From: Myxococcota bacterium
GTDB lineage: Bacteria > Myxococcota_A > UBA9160 > SZUA-336
Length of the DNA stretch: 64,000 nt
Direction of reading: 5' to 3'
NCBI GenBank assembly: GCA_965247115.1
Contig: CBDFGR010000002.1
Coordinates: forward strand, 160,001 to 224,000
The notes below the pieces were generated by a model that searched no databases, was not told the DNA's origin, and worked only from the letters and a program-made list of their open reading frames with translations. Both the position numbers and the translations under genes were made by a program. Of the stretch, positions 40,363-49,840 are shown piece after piece (position 1 is the first letter of the stretch; each line of letters begins with the position of its first letter).

Positions 40363-40614
40363 ATGTCAAAGAAGGACCTCGTTCAGGTCAGCGGTCAGGT
40401 AGAGAAGATCCTGGGGGGTGGCCGTTACCGAGTGAAGCTCGAGAACGGACACGTGATCACGGCGCAGCTCTCTGGTCGCATGCGCCGCTTCCACATCAGG
40501 GTCATCCTGGGAGACCGCGTGCAATGTGGCGTCTCGCCGTACGATCCAACGCACGGCTTCATCACCTACCGCGAGCCTGCGGGCGGACGTACCACGCCAG
40601 CCCGCCAGGGCTAA
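40363..40614 (+). CDS. infA: Translation initiation factor IF-1
   Basis: YRVKLENGH..AQLSGRMR..HIRVILGDRV..SPYD..G.ITYR; TATAAT at 40309-40314 upstream. Confidence 0.93.
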   Translation: MSKKDLVQVSGQVEKILGGGRYRVKLENGHVITAQLSGRMRRFHIRVILGDRVQCGVSPYDPTHGFITYREPAGGRTTPARQG

Positions 40615-40663
40615 AGCGGCGCACCACCCGCCTCTCCAGCCTTCACGCCCGGCGCTCCCGGCC

Positions 40664-40703
40664 GCGCTCGACTCTGAGCCCGCTGCGCTCGACTCTGAGC
40701 CCG
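40664..40703. repeat. 19-bp direct repeat with 21-bp period
   Basis: GCGCTCGACTCTGAGCCCG at 40664-40682 and 40685-40703. Confidence 0.85.
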
Positions 40704-40752
40704 GGGCCGGGTAGCGTGCTGCTGCCTCGGAGCCTCTCGACGGGAGACGTGC

Positions 40753-41280
40753 ATGAGTTCGAGCGAAGCTGCGCAAACGGTCCTGATCCTGTGCGGAAGT
40801 CCGAGCGACCTCGATCTCGCGCTGGACTGCGAGAACACACTGGACGAGCTCGGGATCCAGAGCGCGATCCGCGTGCTGTCGGCCCACCGCACGCCGGAGG
40901 CCACGGCCGAGTGCGCGAAGAACGCGGAGAAGGAGGGCGTCGGGGTACTGATCACTCTGGCTGGTCTCTCGGCTCAGCTGGCGGGAGTGGCCGCCGCACA
41001 CACCCTGCTCCCCGTCATCGGCGTGCCCCTCGCGGTTGGGCCGCTCAGCGGAGTGGATGCGCTGCTGGCCTCCGCTCAGATGCCCCCCGGCACTCCGGTC
41101 GCGACGGTCGGAATCAATCGCGCAGAGAACGCCGCCATTCTCGCAGGTCGGATCCTGGCCATCTCGCGACCTGAGCTACGCGAGGCTCTAGAGCGAAAGA
41201 GGGCGCGGGATCGGGAGCGCTACGAGCCCGAGCGGGTCCGTTCCGAGCTCGAGAAGAGGCGCGAGTCACGCAAGGGATGA
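40753..41280 (+). CDS. purE: N5-CAIR mutase
   Basis: GSPSDL, VLSAHRTP, AGLSAQLAGV.A..T.LPVIGVP, QMPPG.PVATV. Confidence 0.93.
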   Translation: MSSSEAAQTVLILCGSPSDLDLALDCENTLDELGIQSAIRVLSAHRTPEATAECAKNAEKEGVGVLITLAGLSAQLAGVAAAHTLLPVIGVPLAVGPLSGVDALLASAQMPPGTPVATVGINRAENAAILAGRILAISRPELREALERKRARDRERYEPERVRSELEKRRESRKG

Positions 41281-42248
41281 GCTCGCAGGCGCTGATAAGC
41301 CTCGGGCTCCTGCTCGTTGCAACCGCCCTGCTCTGGAAGGGGGCAGAGTGGACGGTGGTCTCGGCCTGCCGCATCGCGCGGCGCATCAACGTGTCCGATG
41401 CGTTGATCGGCACCACCATCGTCGCGCTCGGAACCTCCGCCCCGGAGATTGTCGTGACCCTGGTCGCGGCCCTGAACGGGCAACCCGATATATCCGTGGG
41501 AAACGTGGTTGGCTCGAACATCTTCAACCTCGGCTTCATCCTGGGAGGTTGCGCGCTGTTCACCGTCATTCCCACGACGCGCAGCCTCGTCATGCGAGAC
41601 ACCGCGGTCCTGCTCCTGGCCGCGACGCTGCTGCTCGTACTGCTGGGCGACAACCTACTCTCGCGCGGGGAGGGTGTCTTGATGGTCTCGCTCCTGGTCG
41701 GGTACATGCTGTTCCTCACCCTGCGCAGGGCCGACCCTGCGCACGAAGAGGAGGAGGTCTCGCTCGAGAGGGCAACCGCGATCGACTTCATCATGCTCGT
41801 GATCGGGCTGGGCGCCGTGATCGGCGGGGCCCACATGCTGGTGCAGTCGGCGTCGGCACTCGCAGCGCGCGTGGGCCTCTCCGAATGGAAGATCGGAGTC
41901 ACCATTGTGGCTGGCGGAACCTCGTTGCCCGAACTCGCCACGTCGATCGCAGCGGCGCGCCGGGGCCGCACGGGACTGATCGCGGGAACCCTGATCGGCA
42001 GCGACCTGTTCAACCTGCTCGGCGTGCTGGGGCTGGCTGCGTTTCTCCACCCGCTTCAGGTGAACCCGATCGCGACGCCGGGTGTCGTCATGATGACGAT
42101 GATGGTCGCCTTCGTGCTTCTGTTCATGCGCACGGGCTGGCGCCTGACCCGCCTGGAAGGACTCATGCTGGTCGCACTCGCGTTGGTACGCTGGAGCCGC
42201 GACCTGGCTCCACAGGTCTGGGGGCTCGCTCCTGGTGTGTGGTATTGA
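41277..42248 (+). CDS. Ca2+/Na+ antiporter (CaCA, YrbG-like)
   Basis: GTSAPE..GNVVGSNIFN and GTSLPE..GSDLFN alpha repeats. Confidence 0.93.
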   Translation: MSSQALISLGLLLVATALLWKGAEWTVVSACRIARRINVSDALIGTTIVALGTSAPEIVVTLVAALNGQPDISVGNVVGSNIFNLGFILGGCALFTVIPTTRSLVMRDTAVLLLAATLLLVLLGDNLLSRGEGVLMVSLLVGYMLFLTLRRADPAHEEEEVSLERATAIDFIMLVIGLGAVIGGAHMLVQSASALAARVGLSEWKIGVTIVAGGTSLPELATSIAAARRGRTGLIAGTLIGSDLFNLLGVLGLAAFLHPLQVNPIATPGVVMMTMMVAFVLLFMRTGWRLTRLEGLMLVALALVRWSRDLAPQVWGLAPGVWY

Positions 42249-42276
42249 GTAACGGAAGCCCCGGCGAGGTGAGCTT

Positions 42277-43521
42277 GTGAAGCTGCAGCTGCACTGGCAG
42301 GTGCTGATCGCGATGGCCCTAGGTGCGGCGTTTGCCGCGCTCTTCGGTGCGGTTCCGTTCGTCGTGTCCCTGGGTGAGATCTTCATGCGTCTGATGCGCA
42401 TGATCATCGTGCCGTTGATCTTCACTTCCATAGTGAGCGGAGTGGCCTCGATCGGGGACGCTCGGAGCCTCGGTCGCCTCGGCGCGAAGACGATCGTCTA
42501 CTACGCGACGACGAGCCTGGCGGCCGTCTTGTTGGGGCTCACCCTTTGCAATCTCATCCAGCCTGGCGCTGGCCTCGAGGCTCCGAGTATCGAGCAGATC
42601 CGACCGGAGGACCTGGAGACGCCCGGCTCCCTCGCCGAGATCATCATTCGAATGATCCCGCTCAATCCGATCGAGGCGGCTGCCTCCATGGACATCCTCG
42701 GTCTGATCTTCTTCTGCATCTTCTTCGGCGCCACGATTGGCACCATGCACGGCAAAGGCGGAACCACCCTCAGGGACTTCTTCGCCTCCGCTTTCGAGGC
42801 GATGATGAAGCTGACGGGCGTCGTGATCCGGTTCCTTCCGATCGGCGTCTTCGGGCTCATCGTCACCGCTGTGGGCAATGTGGGCTTTGGTGTAATCGCG
42901 CAGGTCGGCAAGTACATGATCACGATCGCATTGGGCCTCACACTTCACATCCTCGTGGTCCTGCCCGCGATCTTCTACCTGCTCACCCGCGTCAGTCCGG
43001 CCGCTCACTACAGAGCCATGGGCTCTGCCATGGCGACGGCTTTCTCCACCAGCTCCTCATCCGTCACGCTGCCAGTGACCATGGCCTGCATCGAGAAGAA
43101 CGCAGGTGTCTCGAACAGGGTGACCAGCTTCGTTCTCCCCATGGGGGCGACGATCAACATGGATGGCACCGCCCTGTACGAGTGCGCGGGCGCGCTGTTC
43201 ATCGCCCAGGCCCTCGGGGTGGACCTGGACCTGACCCAACAGGTGGTGGTCGTGATCACGGCGCTCCTCGCCTCGATCGGCGCCGCGGGCATCCCGTCCG
43301 CCGGGCTGGTAATGATCTTCATCGTCCTCGAGGCGGTGGGGCTCGGGAGCCCGGCGGCGTACGCACTCGTGGGTTTGATGCTAGCCGTCGATCGCCCGCT
43401 CGACATGTATCGCACGATGGTGAACATCACGAGCGACAGCATCGGTGCCGCAGTCATCGCCCGCTCCGAGGGCGAGACCCTGGCCTACGAGACCAGGGAC
43501 CCGACCGAGGCTGCGGCCTAG
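42277..43521 (+). CDS. Dicarboxylate/amino acid:cation symporter (GltP family)
   Basis: AFSTSSSSVTLP, LPMGATINMDGTALY, DRPLDMYRT.VN..D. Confidence 0.95.
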   Translation: MKLQLHWQVLIAMALGAAFAALFGAVPFVVSLGEIFMRLMRMIIVPLIFTSIVSGVASIGDARSLGRLGAKTIVYYATTSLAAVLLGLTLCNLIQPGAGLEAPSIEQIRPEDLETPGSLAEIIIRMIPLNPIEAAASMDILGLIFFCIFFGATIGTMHGKGGTTLRDFFASAFEAMMKLTGVVIRFLPIGVFGLIVTAVGNVGFGVIAQVGKYMITIALGLTLHILVVLPAIFYLLTRVSPAAHYRAMGSAMATAFSTSSSSVTLPVTMACIEKNAGVSNRVTSFVLPMGATINMDGTALYECAGALFIAQALGVDLDLTQQVVVVITALLASIGAAGIPSAGLVMIFIVLEAVGLGSPAAYALVGLMLAVDRPLDMYRTMVNITSDSIGAAVIARSEGETLAYETRDPTEAAA

Positions 43522-43528
43522 CTCCTGC

Positions 43529-44764
43529 CTAGAGCTCTTCCAGCTCCAAGAGATCTTCGATCGTCTGGCGGCGCCGGATCAGCCGAACCTCTCGTCCGTC
43601 GATCAGTAGCTCCGGAGCGAGTGGCCGCGAGTTGTAGTTGCTGGCCATCGATGCGGCGTAGGCGCCAGCGTCGTGAAACACGACGAGGTCTCCGACCGTC
43701 GCCGCAGGAAGATCGCGTGGAACGACGACGCCCCCTTCAACCTGCGTGAACACGTCTCCCGACTCGCACAACGGCCCGCCCACCACCGTCGGCTCCGTGG
43801 GCCCGGTTGCGAGTGAGCCCGCGCGGGTGACCACACTCATCTCGTGGTAGCTGCCGTACATGGCCGGCCGCATCAGGTTGTCGAAGCCCGCGTCCACCAG
43901 CACGAAGCGGTTCGGGCCCATGCGCTTGGTGGCGCGAACCTCCGCGACGAGAAGCCCGGCCTCGGCGACCAGGTAACGCCCCGGCTCTAGCTCGAGCGAG
44001 ATCGCGTGCCCGAGGCTCGCCTCAATCCGCTTGCGCGCCGCGTGCCAGAGCAAGAAGAGAGCCTGCGTGTCCAGTGGCGGATCGCTCTCGCGGTACGAAA
44101 TGGGCAGCCCGCCGCCCGCGGAGATCGCCCGCAGATCCAGGTTGAGCGCCCGCACCTGCTCGACCATCGCCTCACAGACCCGCTTCAGATGCTCGAAGTC
44201 CGTGCCCGAACCGATGTGCATGTGAAGACCCTGCAGGTCGAGCCTGTATTTCTCGATGTGGCGAGCCGCCTCATCGAGGTGCTCGTGCCAGATCCCGTGC
44301 TTGCTCCATTCGCCGCCCGTGTTCGTCTTGCGGCTGTGGCCGTGTCCGAAGCCCGGGTTCACGCGAAGCCAGACGCGGTGCCCGGGCTTGCGTCGACCGA
44401 GCTGCTCCAGACTGTCGGCAGAGCCGACGTTGAGCGGCACATCGAGCTCCACAATGCGATCGAGCGCCTGCTCCGTCACGATGTCCGCCGTGTAGACCAC
44501 GCCGGGCCGGTCACCCTCTCCGGTGTAGCCAGCTCGCACCGCGCGCTCGAGCTCGCCGAGCGAGACGGCGTCAACGAGCACTCCCTCGGCGCGCATCAAC
44601 CGCAGGATGTGAAGGTTGGAGCACGCCTTCTGCGCAAACCGGACCACGTCGAACCCGCGCAGACGCTCGATGCGATCGCGGATCAGGCCCGCGTCGTACA
44701 CGTACAGCGGCGTGCCGTACGTCCCGGACAGCTCCCTCACCTGCTCCGCGTCGACGTAGCTCAC
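43529..44764 (-). CDS. lysA: Diaminopimelate decarboxylase
   Basis: RFAQKACSN, HMHIGSG, EPGRYLVAE, GPLCESGDVF, SNYNSRP. Confidence 0.95.
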   Translation of the reverse strand: MSYVDAEQVRELSGTYGTPLYVYDAGLIRDRIERLRGFDVVRFAQKACSNLHILRLMRAEGVLVDAVSLGELERAVRAGYTGEGDRPGVVYTADIVTEQALDRIVELDVPLNVGSADSLEQLGRRKPGHRVWLRVNPGFGHGHSRKTNTGGEWSKHGIWHEHLDEAARHIEKYRLDLQGLHMHIGSGTDFEHLKRVCEAMVEQVRALNLDLRAISAGGGLPISYRESDPPLDTQALFLLWHAARKRIEASLGHAISLELEPGRYLVAEAGLLVAEVRATKRMGPNRFVLVDAGFDNLMRPAMYGSYHEMSVVTRAGSLATGPTEPTVVGGPLCESGDVFTQVEGGVVVPRDLPAATVGDLVVFHDAGAYAASMASNYNSRPLAPELLIDGREVRLIRRRQTIEDLLELEEL

Positions 44765-44798
44765 CCCGAAAAGGGTAGCACGAGCCGGCCTCGCCCGA

Positions 44799-45263
44799 TC
44801 ACATCTGCTCGGCCAGGTAACGTTCCTTGCCGATCTCCTCGATGATGCCGAGTTGGGCCTCGAGATAGTCGAGCCCTTCCTCCTCGTCGTGCAGGATCTC
44901 CTCCAGGAGCTCGCGCGTGCCGTTGTCCGCGTTGTCGCGGCAGATCGCGATCGCCTCGTTCAGACGCTTGACGGCATCCTTCTCCAGCTCCAGGTCCGAG
45001 CGGTGCTGCTCGGGCACGCTCTCGCCGACACGGATGGGGGAGAGGCGCTGCATGTTCGGGATCCCTTCCAGGAACAAGATGCGCTGGATCAAGTGGTCCG
45101 CGTGCTTCATCTCCCCGATCGACTCGCACTTCTTGTTCTCGGCGATCTTCGAGTAGCCCCAGTTCTCGTTCATCTTCGCGTGGATGAAGTACTGGTTGAT
45201 GGCCGTGAGCTCCGCGGTCAGCACCGCGTTCAGCGCCTCGATCACTTCGGGACTGCCCTGCAT
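44799..45263 (-). CDS. bfr: Bacterioferritin
   Basis: ELTAINQYF.H, EMKHAD.LI.RILFLEG.PN, G..YLAEQM. Confidence 0.95.
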   Translation of the reverse strand: MQGSPEVIEALNAVLTAELTAINQYFIHAKMNENWGYSKIAENKKCESIGEMKHADHLIQRILFLEGIPNMQRLSPIRVGESVPEQHRSDLELEKDAVKRLNEAIAICRDNADNGTRELLEEILHDEEEGLDYLEAQLGIIEEIGKERYLAEQM

Positions 45264-45300
45264 CACCCTCCCCCTTGCGAGTATCTGGCGTCGTGCTGCG

Positions 45301-45329
45301 AGGATGCGGCGCAGCATGCAGGATGTCAA
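45301..45329 (-). promoter_or_regulatory. Sigma70-like promoter of bfr
   Basis: Minus strand TTGACA-N17-CATCCT. Confidence 0.55.
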
Positions 45330-45425
45330 CGTAACTGTTTGATCTACCTGACAAATTGCGACAGGTACTGCTTCTCTATCTCAGCTCCGGTGCCCTTCCG
45401 GCGCTGCTATGATCCGTGAGGTCCG

Positions 45426-45986
45426 ATGCATCGCAAGCCTCTGCTCGACCAGCTCGAACGCTATCTCACGGTCCATCCAGACGACCGGGTCCGGGTCGAT
45501 CACGTGCGCCAGTTCGTCCGCGTCCACGCGGACTGCTTCGAACGCAGCTGTCAGGACGGCCATGTCACGGGCTCGGCCTGGATCGTCTCGCCCGACCACT
45601 CGAAGTTTCTGCTCACCCATCACAGGAAATTCGACCGCTGGCTGCAGCTCGGAGGACACTCGGACGGTGATCCGGATGCGCTGCGGGTGGCGCTGCGCGA
45701 GGCCCGAGAAGAGTCAGGACTGACCCGGCTCGGCGTCCACTCGAGCGACGGCGTGGATCTCCCGCTCGACGTCGACGTGCACCTGGTGCCTGCGAGCGGA
45801 GGGGAGCCCGCGCACTTGCACCACGACATCCGCTACCTGCTGGTCGCGGCAGTGGACCAAGGGCTGCGGGTGAGCGACGAGTCGATCGAGTTGCGCTGGT
45901 TCGCGCAGGAGCGCGCCGACGAGATCCTCCCGGAGGCGGGCCTGCTACGCATGGCCCGCAGGGCCCGGGAGCTCCTGCGGAGGTGA
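45426..45986 (+). CDS. NUDIX hydrolase
   Basis: GHVTGSAW, WLQLGGH.DG...ALREAREESG Nudix box; extended -10 TGCTATGAT at 45405-45413. Confidence 0.92.
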   Translation: MHRKPLLDQLERYLTVHPDDRVRVDHVRQFVRVHADCFERSCQDGHVTGSAWIVSPDHSKFLLTHHRKFDRWLQLGGHSDGDPDALRVALREAREESGLTRLGVHSSDGVDLPLDVDVHLVPASGGEPAHLHHDIRYLLVAAVDQGLRVSDESIELRWFAQERADEILPEAGLLRMARRARELLRR

Positions 45987-45993
45987 CACCGCG

Positions 45994-46770
45994 TCAGCTC
46001 GCCTGGAAGTCCTTGTAGGGAGTCACGCCCCGGACCACGCCCTTGTCCCTGAGCTCGCCGATCGTGAGCACGTGACCCGTGTAATCGATCGGCTGGCGTG
46101 CGATCCAGAGGGCGGCATCCGACATGATCACCGGGTGCTCGAACTCCATGGTCGACATGTCGGCCAGCGTGTCCGTGTAGCCCTCGCTCCAGACATTGAG
46201 CTCGAGCCGCAGCACGTTGACGGCCACCTTGTTCGCGAGTGATACGGCCAGCGACTGAGACATACCCTCGAGAGCGAGCTTGGTGGCGGTGTAGTTCGCC
46301 CTCTCGAACTCGGGACTCAAAGCCGCGCCGGACGAGACGTTGATGACCCGACCCTCGCCCGCTTCGATCATGCGGGGGCAGATCGCGTGCATCAGGTAGA
46401 AGGGGCCGTTCAGGTTCACGTCAACGCCGAGTCGCCAGCGCTTGGTCGTGTCCTCGAGCGCCGGTGTTGGTGGGGCGACGGCGGCATTGTTGATGAGCAG
46501 ATCGCAGCGTCCCCAGTCCGCGTACACGCGCTGGGTCAGCGCGTTCACGCCTTCCTCGTCCCGCACGTCGAGCGGAGCCACCATCGCCCGACGTCCGGTC
46601 TCCTCGACGAGCTTCGCGGTCTCGTCGATGGATCCAGGCAGCTTGGACGGATGGGCGCTCGTGGAGCGCGCCGCGCAGACGACATCGTAGCCCGCTCCCG
46701 CCAGATCTATGCAGAGCTGCTTGCCAATGCCGCGGCTGGCTCCGGTAACGAGAGCGACGGGCGCGGTCAT
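45994..46770 (-). CDS. Short-chain dehydrogenase/reductase
   Basis: VTGASRGIG, LINNA, YTATK. Confidence 0.92.
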   Translation of the reverse strand: MTAPVALVTGASRGIGKQLCIDLAGAGYDVVCAARSTSAHPSKLPGSIDETAKLVEETGRRAMVAPLDVRDEEGVNALTQRVYADWGRCDLLINNAAVAPPTPALEDTTKRWRLGVDVNLNGPFYLMHAICPRMIEAGEGRVINVSSGAALSPEFERANYTATKLALEGMSQSLAVSLANKVAVNVLRLELNVWSEGYTDTLADMSTMEFEHPVIMSDAALWIARQPIDYTGHVLTIGELRDKGVVRGVTPYKDFQAS

Positions 46771-46851
46771 GTTCTCCTCCTTGACTGGTGGTCCCGATCC
46801 TACCGCATCGGGTCCGGTCTGCGCAGGCTCCGCGGGCGCTGCTCACGCGGG

Positions 46852-46878
46852 TCAGATCGGGCCCCGTCGCGCCGATAG
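46852..46878 (+). promoter_or_regulatory. Sigma28/FliA-like promoter of stator genes
   Basis: TCAG-N15-GCCGATAG, 9 nt before ATG 46888. Confidence 0.6.
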
Positions 46879-46887
46879 AGAGCGGCG

Positions 46888-47667
46888 ATGGACCTCGCCA
46901 CCATCATCGGCATCGTGCTGGGCTTCGGCCTGATCGTCGGGGCCATCCTCCTCGACGGTTCGCTGACGGCGTTCATGAACCTTCCCGGCGCCCTGGTCGT
47001 GATCGGAGGCACGATCGCCGCGACGCTGATCAAGCAGAAGCTACGGAGCGTGCTCGCCGCATTCAGTGTCGCGAAGCAGGCGTTCCTGTTTCGGCTCCCC
47101 CCCATCGAGGAGCTCGTCTGCAAGCTCCACGAGCTCTGCGAGCTCGCCCGCAAGGACGGCGTACTCGCCCTGGAGGAGGTCGAGGTAAAGGATGCCTTTC
47201 TCGCCCGCGCCCTGGTCATGGCGATCGACGGGCTCGACGCGGACTTCGTCGTCTCAAACCTGCGCCGCGACGCGGCCTCGCTCCTGGGCCGACACCAGAG
47301 CGGGCAGCAGGTCTTTCGATTCATGGCTTCGACCGCGCCGTCGATGGGCATGATCGGCACTCTGATCGGCCTCGTGAACATGCTGCAGACGCTGGATGAT
47401 CCCGCCTCGATCGGGCCGGCCATGGCGGTGGCGCTGCTCACGACCTTCTACGGCGCAGTGCTGGCATTCCTGGTCTTCGGCCCGATCGCGGAGAAGCTCG
47501 AAGCGCGCACGAAAGAGGAGCTGCTGCGCAGGAATCTCGTCATCGCCGGCATCGAGTCGGTCATCTGTCGCCACAACAGGAACCTGACCCAGACGCATCT
47601 CGATGCGTACCTCGCTCCCAGACAGCGCCAGGCGTCGAGCCCAGACGGGGGGCAGGACCGACGGTGA
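46888..47667 (+). CDS. motA: Flagellar stator A subunit (MotA/PomA)
   Basis: MDLATIIG, VIGGT, ARKDGVLALE, APSMGMIGTLIGL, IGPAMAVALLTT.YG. Confidence 0.92.
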   Translation: MDLATIIGIVLGFGLIVGAILLDGSLTAFMNLPGALVVIGGTIAATLIKQKLRSVLAAFSVAKQAFLFRLPPIEELVCKLHELCELARKDGVLALEEVEVKDAFLARALVMAIDGLDADFVVSNLRRDAASLLGRHQSGQQVFRFMASTAPSMGMIGTLIGLVNMLQTLDDPASIGPAMAVALLTTFYGAVLAFLVFGPIAEKLEARTKEELLRRNLVIAGIESVICRHNRNLTQTHLDAYLAPRQRQASSPDGGQDRR

Positions 47668-48419
47668 GCGAGGAGAGCTTCGAGACGGAGGAGACGCTGC
47701 CGGCTGCGGGAGCACCGGCCTGGATGGCCACCTTCGCGGACATGATGACTCTCCTGCTCTGCTTCTTCGTGCTCATGCTCTCCTTTGCCTCGATCGACAT
47801 CGTCAAGTTCCGCGACATGCTGGGCTCGATGGAAGAGGCCTTCGGCGCGGTCCGGGTCGATCCGGGGCCGTGGGACGCGGCCACGTCGGTACCGGTGGAG
47901 CTTTCTGGCCAGGACACCCTCGTGCCGCCTCCCTCGGAGCCGGCCGCGGAACTGCCCACAGGAAATCCCGAGCTCGCGCGCGGCATGCGCGAGCTGACGG
48001 AGCGCGCCGAGCTCCAGGGGCTGGTGCGAAGCGTGTACACGGATCGCGGGCTCACCCTGCGCATGGAGGGCTCGTTCATGTTCGAGTCCGGGTCGGACGA
48101 GATCCGACTGGGCGCGATGACGCTGCTCGACGAGATCGCCGTCCTCGCGGAGAGCTCCGACCAGCTGATCTCTGTGGAAGGACACACCGACGACGTGCCG
48201 ATTCGCAGCGCCCAGTTTCCGACGAACTGGCACCTGTCGACGGCGCGCGCGGTCGCAGGCGTGCTCCACCTGACCGGTCCCGGCAAGCTCGATCCGGCGC
48301 GGCTCCGCGCTACGGGCTTCGCGCACACTCGCCCTGTCGCCTGGGGCCAGAGCGACGAGGCGCGCAGGGAGAACCGTCGGCTGGAGATCGTCTTTCACAC
48401 GCCCAACGCTCCGCGCTGA
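47664..48419 (+). CDS. motB: Flagellar stator B subunit (MotB/PomB) with OmpA-like peptidoglycan-binding domain
   Basis: WMATFADMMTLLLCFFVL, EGHTD, NWHLSTARA, NRRLEI. Confidence 0.92.
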   Translation: MSEESFETEETLPAAGAPAWMATFADMMTLLLCFFVLMLSFASIDIVKFRDMLGSMEEAFGAVRVDPGPWDAATSVPVELSGQDTLVPPPSEPAAELPTGNPELARGMRELTERAELQGLVRSVYTDRGLTLRMEGSFMFESGSDEIRLGAMTLLDEIAVLAESSDQLISVEGHTDDVPIRSAQFPTNWHLSTARAVAGVLHLTGPGKLDPARLRATGFAHTRPVAWGQSDEARRENRRLEIVFHTPNAPR

Positions 48420-48440
48420 GCGCGTTGGGAGCGGTGGCCG

Positions 48441-49601
48441 TCAGCCGTCGAGCAGGTGCTCGAGGTTGCCGGCGTAAAAGCGCTCCCGGGTCTGGTCTCC
48501 CAGGTCCCCGAGCGAGCGCTCGAAGCGCGCCAGCGGGTCCCTTCCGCCCTCGGCGTGCGGGTAGTCGCTCGAGAACAGATAGAGCTCGTCGTTGGACTCG
48601 CGGATCAGCTGACCCACGTCTTCGAACGCGTAGGGGGTGAAGCGAAGCTGCTCGCGGATCTGCTCGGATGGGCGGCGCCCCATCTCTCCCAGCTGCGGCT
48701 CGGAGCGCGACCAGATCTCCACTGCATGGTCCAGACGACGGAGCATGGCCGGTACCCAGCCGGCGCCAACCTCGATGCAGCCTCCGCGCAGTCCGGGAAA
48801 GCGTTCGAGCACTCCGTCCAGAACGAGCACCGAAAGAAAGCGCTCGTAGGGCTGATAGATCACGCTCAGATCCTTCGACCCGATCACCTCGGGCCCGCCG
48901 CGAGCGCTCCGCCACTCCGGGTGCCCGTCGTTCATCCACTCGGGAGCGATCGAGAGGGGCGCGCTGCCCACATGCAGGATGAACGGAAGGCGCGCCGCGG
49001 CGAGACGCTCCCAGAACGGGTCGTGCTCCGGGTGGCCCGGCGAGCGCCCGCCTGGCGCGCGCGCGGGAATCCAGAGCGCGCCGATCCCGGCCTCGAGCGC
49101 CGCATCGACTTCTGCCAGCGCAGCGGGAACGTCATCCAGCATGACAAGGCCAACGCCGAGCAGCCGAGCATCGGCGGAGCAGAACTCGCCCATCGCCCGG
49201 TTGTGCGCCCGCGCAGCGCTGTATCCGAGCTCCCTGTCCTCGGCACCGAAGATCTGCGTGGCCGTGAACGAAGAGAAGATCACCTGTCGCTCAAAGCCCA
49301 GCAGATCGAGTGCCCGGCCACGCTCCGCGCCGTTGAAGGCTCCGAGGGCGGCGTACCACTTGGGACCACGCAGCAGATCGTCACCGCGCGCCAGCAGCTC
49401 GTCCACCACCTGCGGTGTGTGTGCGGGAGGTCCGGCTCCCCGCAGGAGCTCGACGTCGTCGAGCCCGAACGATTCGCCCCCGCCGATGACCTGGTGGAGG
49501 CGCTCCCGAGTAGCCCGGTCTGCGTGTGCGGGCAGGAAGTCTGGAAGCTCCATGAGGTGGCTGTCCGCATCCAGGATGCGGCGCGTGCCGGCGTAGCTCA
49601 T
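48441..49601 (-). CDS. Amidohydrolase_2 family metal-dependent hydrolase
   Basis: DADSH, ILH, E.GAGWVP, FSSDYPH.EG. Confidence 0.9.
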   Translation of the reverse strand: MSYAGTRRILDADSHLMELPDFLPAHADRATRERLHQVIGGGESFGLDDVELLRGAGPPAHTPQVVDELLARGDDLLRGPKWYAALGAFNGAERGRALDLLGFERQVIFSSFTATQIFGAEDRELGYSAARAHNRAMGEFCSADARLLGVGLVMLDDVPAALAEVDAALEAGIGALWIPARAPGGRSPGHPEHDPFWERLAAARLPFILHVGSAPLSIAPEWMNDGHPEWRSARGGPEVIGSKDLSVIYQPYERFLSVLVLDGVLERFPGLRGGCIEVGAGWVPAMLRRLDHAVEIWSRSEPQLGEMGRRPSEQIREQLRFTPYAFEDVGQLIRESNDELYLFSSDYPHAEGGRDPLARFERSLGDLGDQTRERFYAGNLEHLLDG

Positions 49602-49610
49602 GCGGTTATT

Positions 49611-49788
49611 CGTGAGCGAGCGACGGGCGCGGCCGTTCGGAGATCCGGTCCCTACATGAAGTAGGTGGGCGCCGCATGTTCACTCCGAGCGTCCCGTCGG
49701 GCGGGCTTGCTCTTCTGCTCCCAGTGGTGGCTCCCGTGACGAACATTGTAGGCGGATCTCCGGAGCCGCACCCGACGGCTCGCTCACG
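49611..49788 (-). ncRNA. ssrS: 6S RNA (SsrS)-like
   Basis: 178-nt intergenic rod: terminal CGTGAGCGAGC/GCTCGCTCACG, CGGGTGCGGC/GCCGCGCCCG and CGGAGATCCG/CGGATCTCCG stems; central bubble closed by GGGAGCC/GGCGCCC then ACCT; extended -10 TGCTAGGAT directly upstream. Confidence 0.72.
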
Positions 49789-49791
49789 GAC

Positions 49792-49800
49792 ATCCTAGCA
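49792..49800 (-). promoter_or_regulatory. Extended -10 promoter of the 6S-like RNA
   Basis: TGcTAGGAT immediately 5' of the rod's first strand. Confidence 0.55.
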
Positions 49801-49840
49801 CCGTCGCTGCACCCGTACACAACGGTCCGCACAAGCGAGG

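Noticed and set aside
40664..40703. Direct repeat as a mini CRISPR array
   Set aside because: Only two 19-bp units with a 2-bp gap, no spacers and no cas genes
46888..48419. MotAB pair as Zorya (ZorAB) anti-phage system
   Set aside because: A subunit is normal length with no long ZorA tail; no zorC/D/E neighbours; motifs are flagellar-stator type
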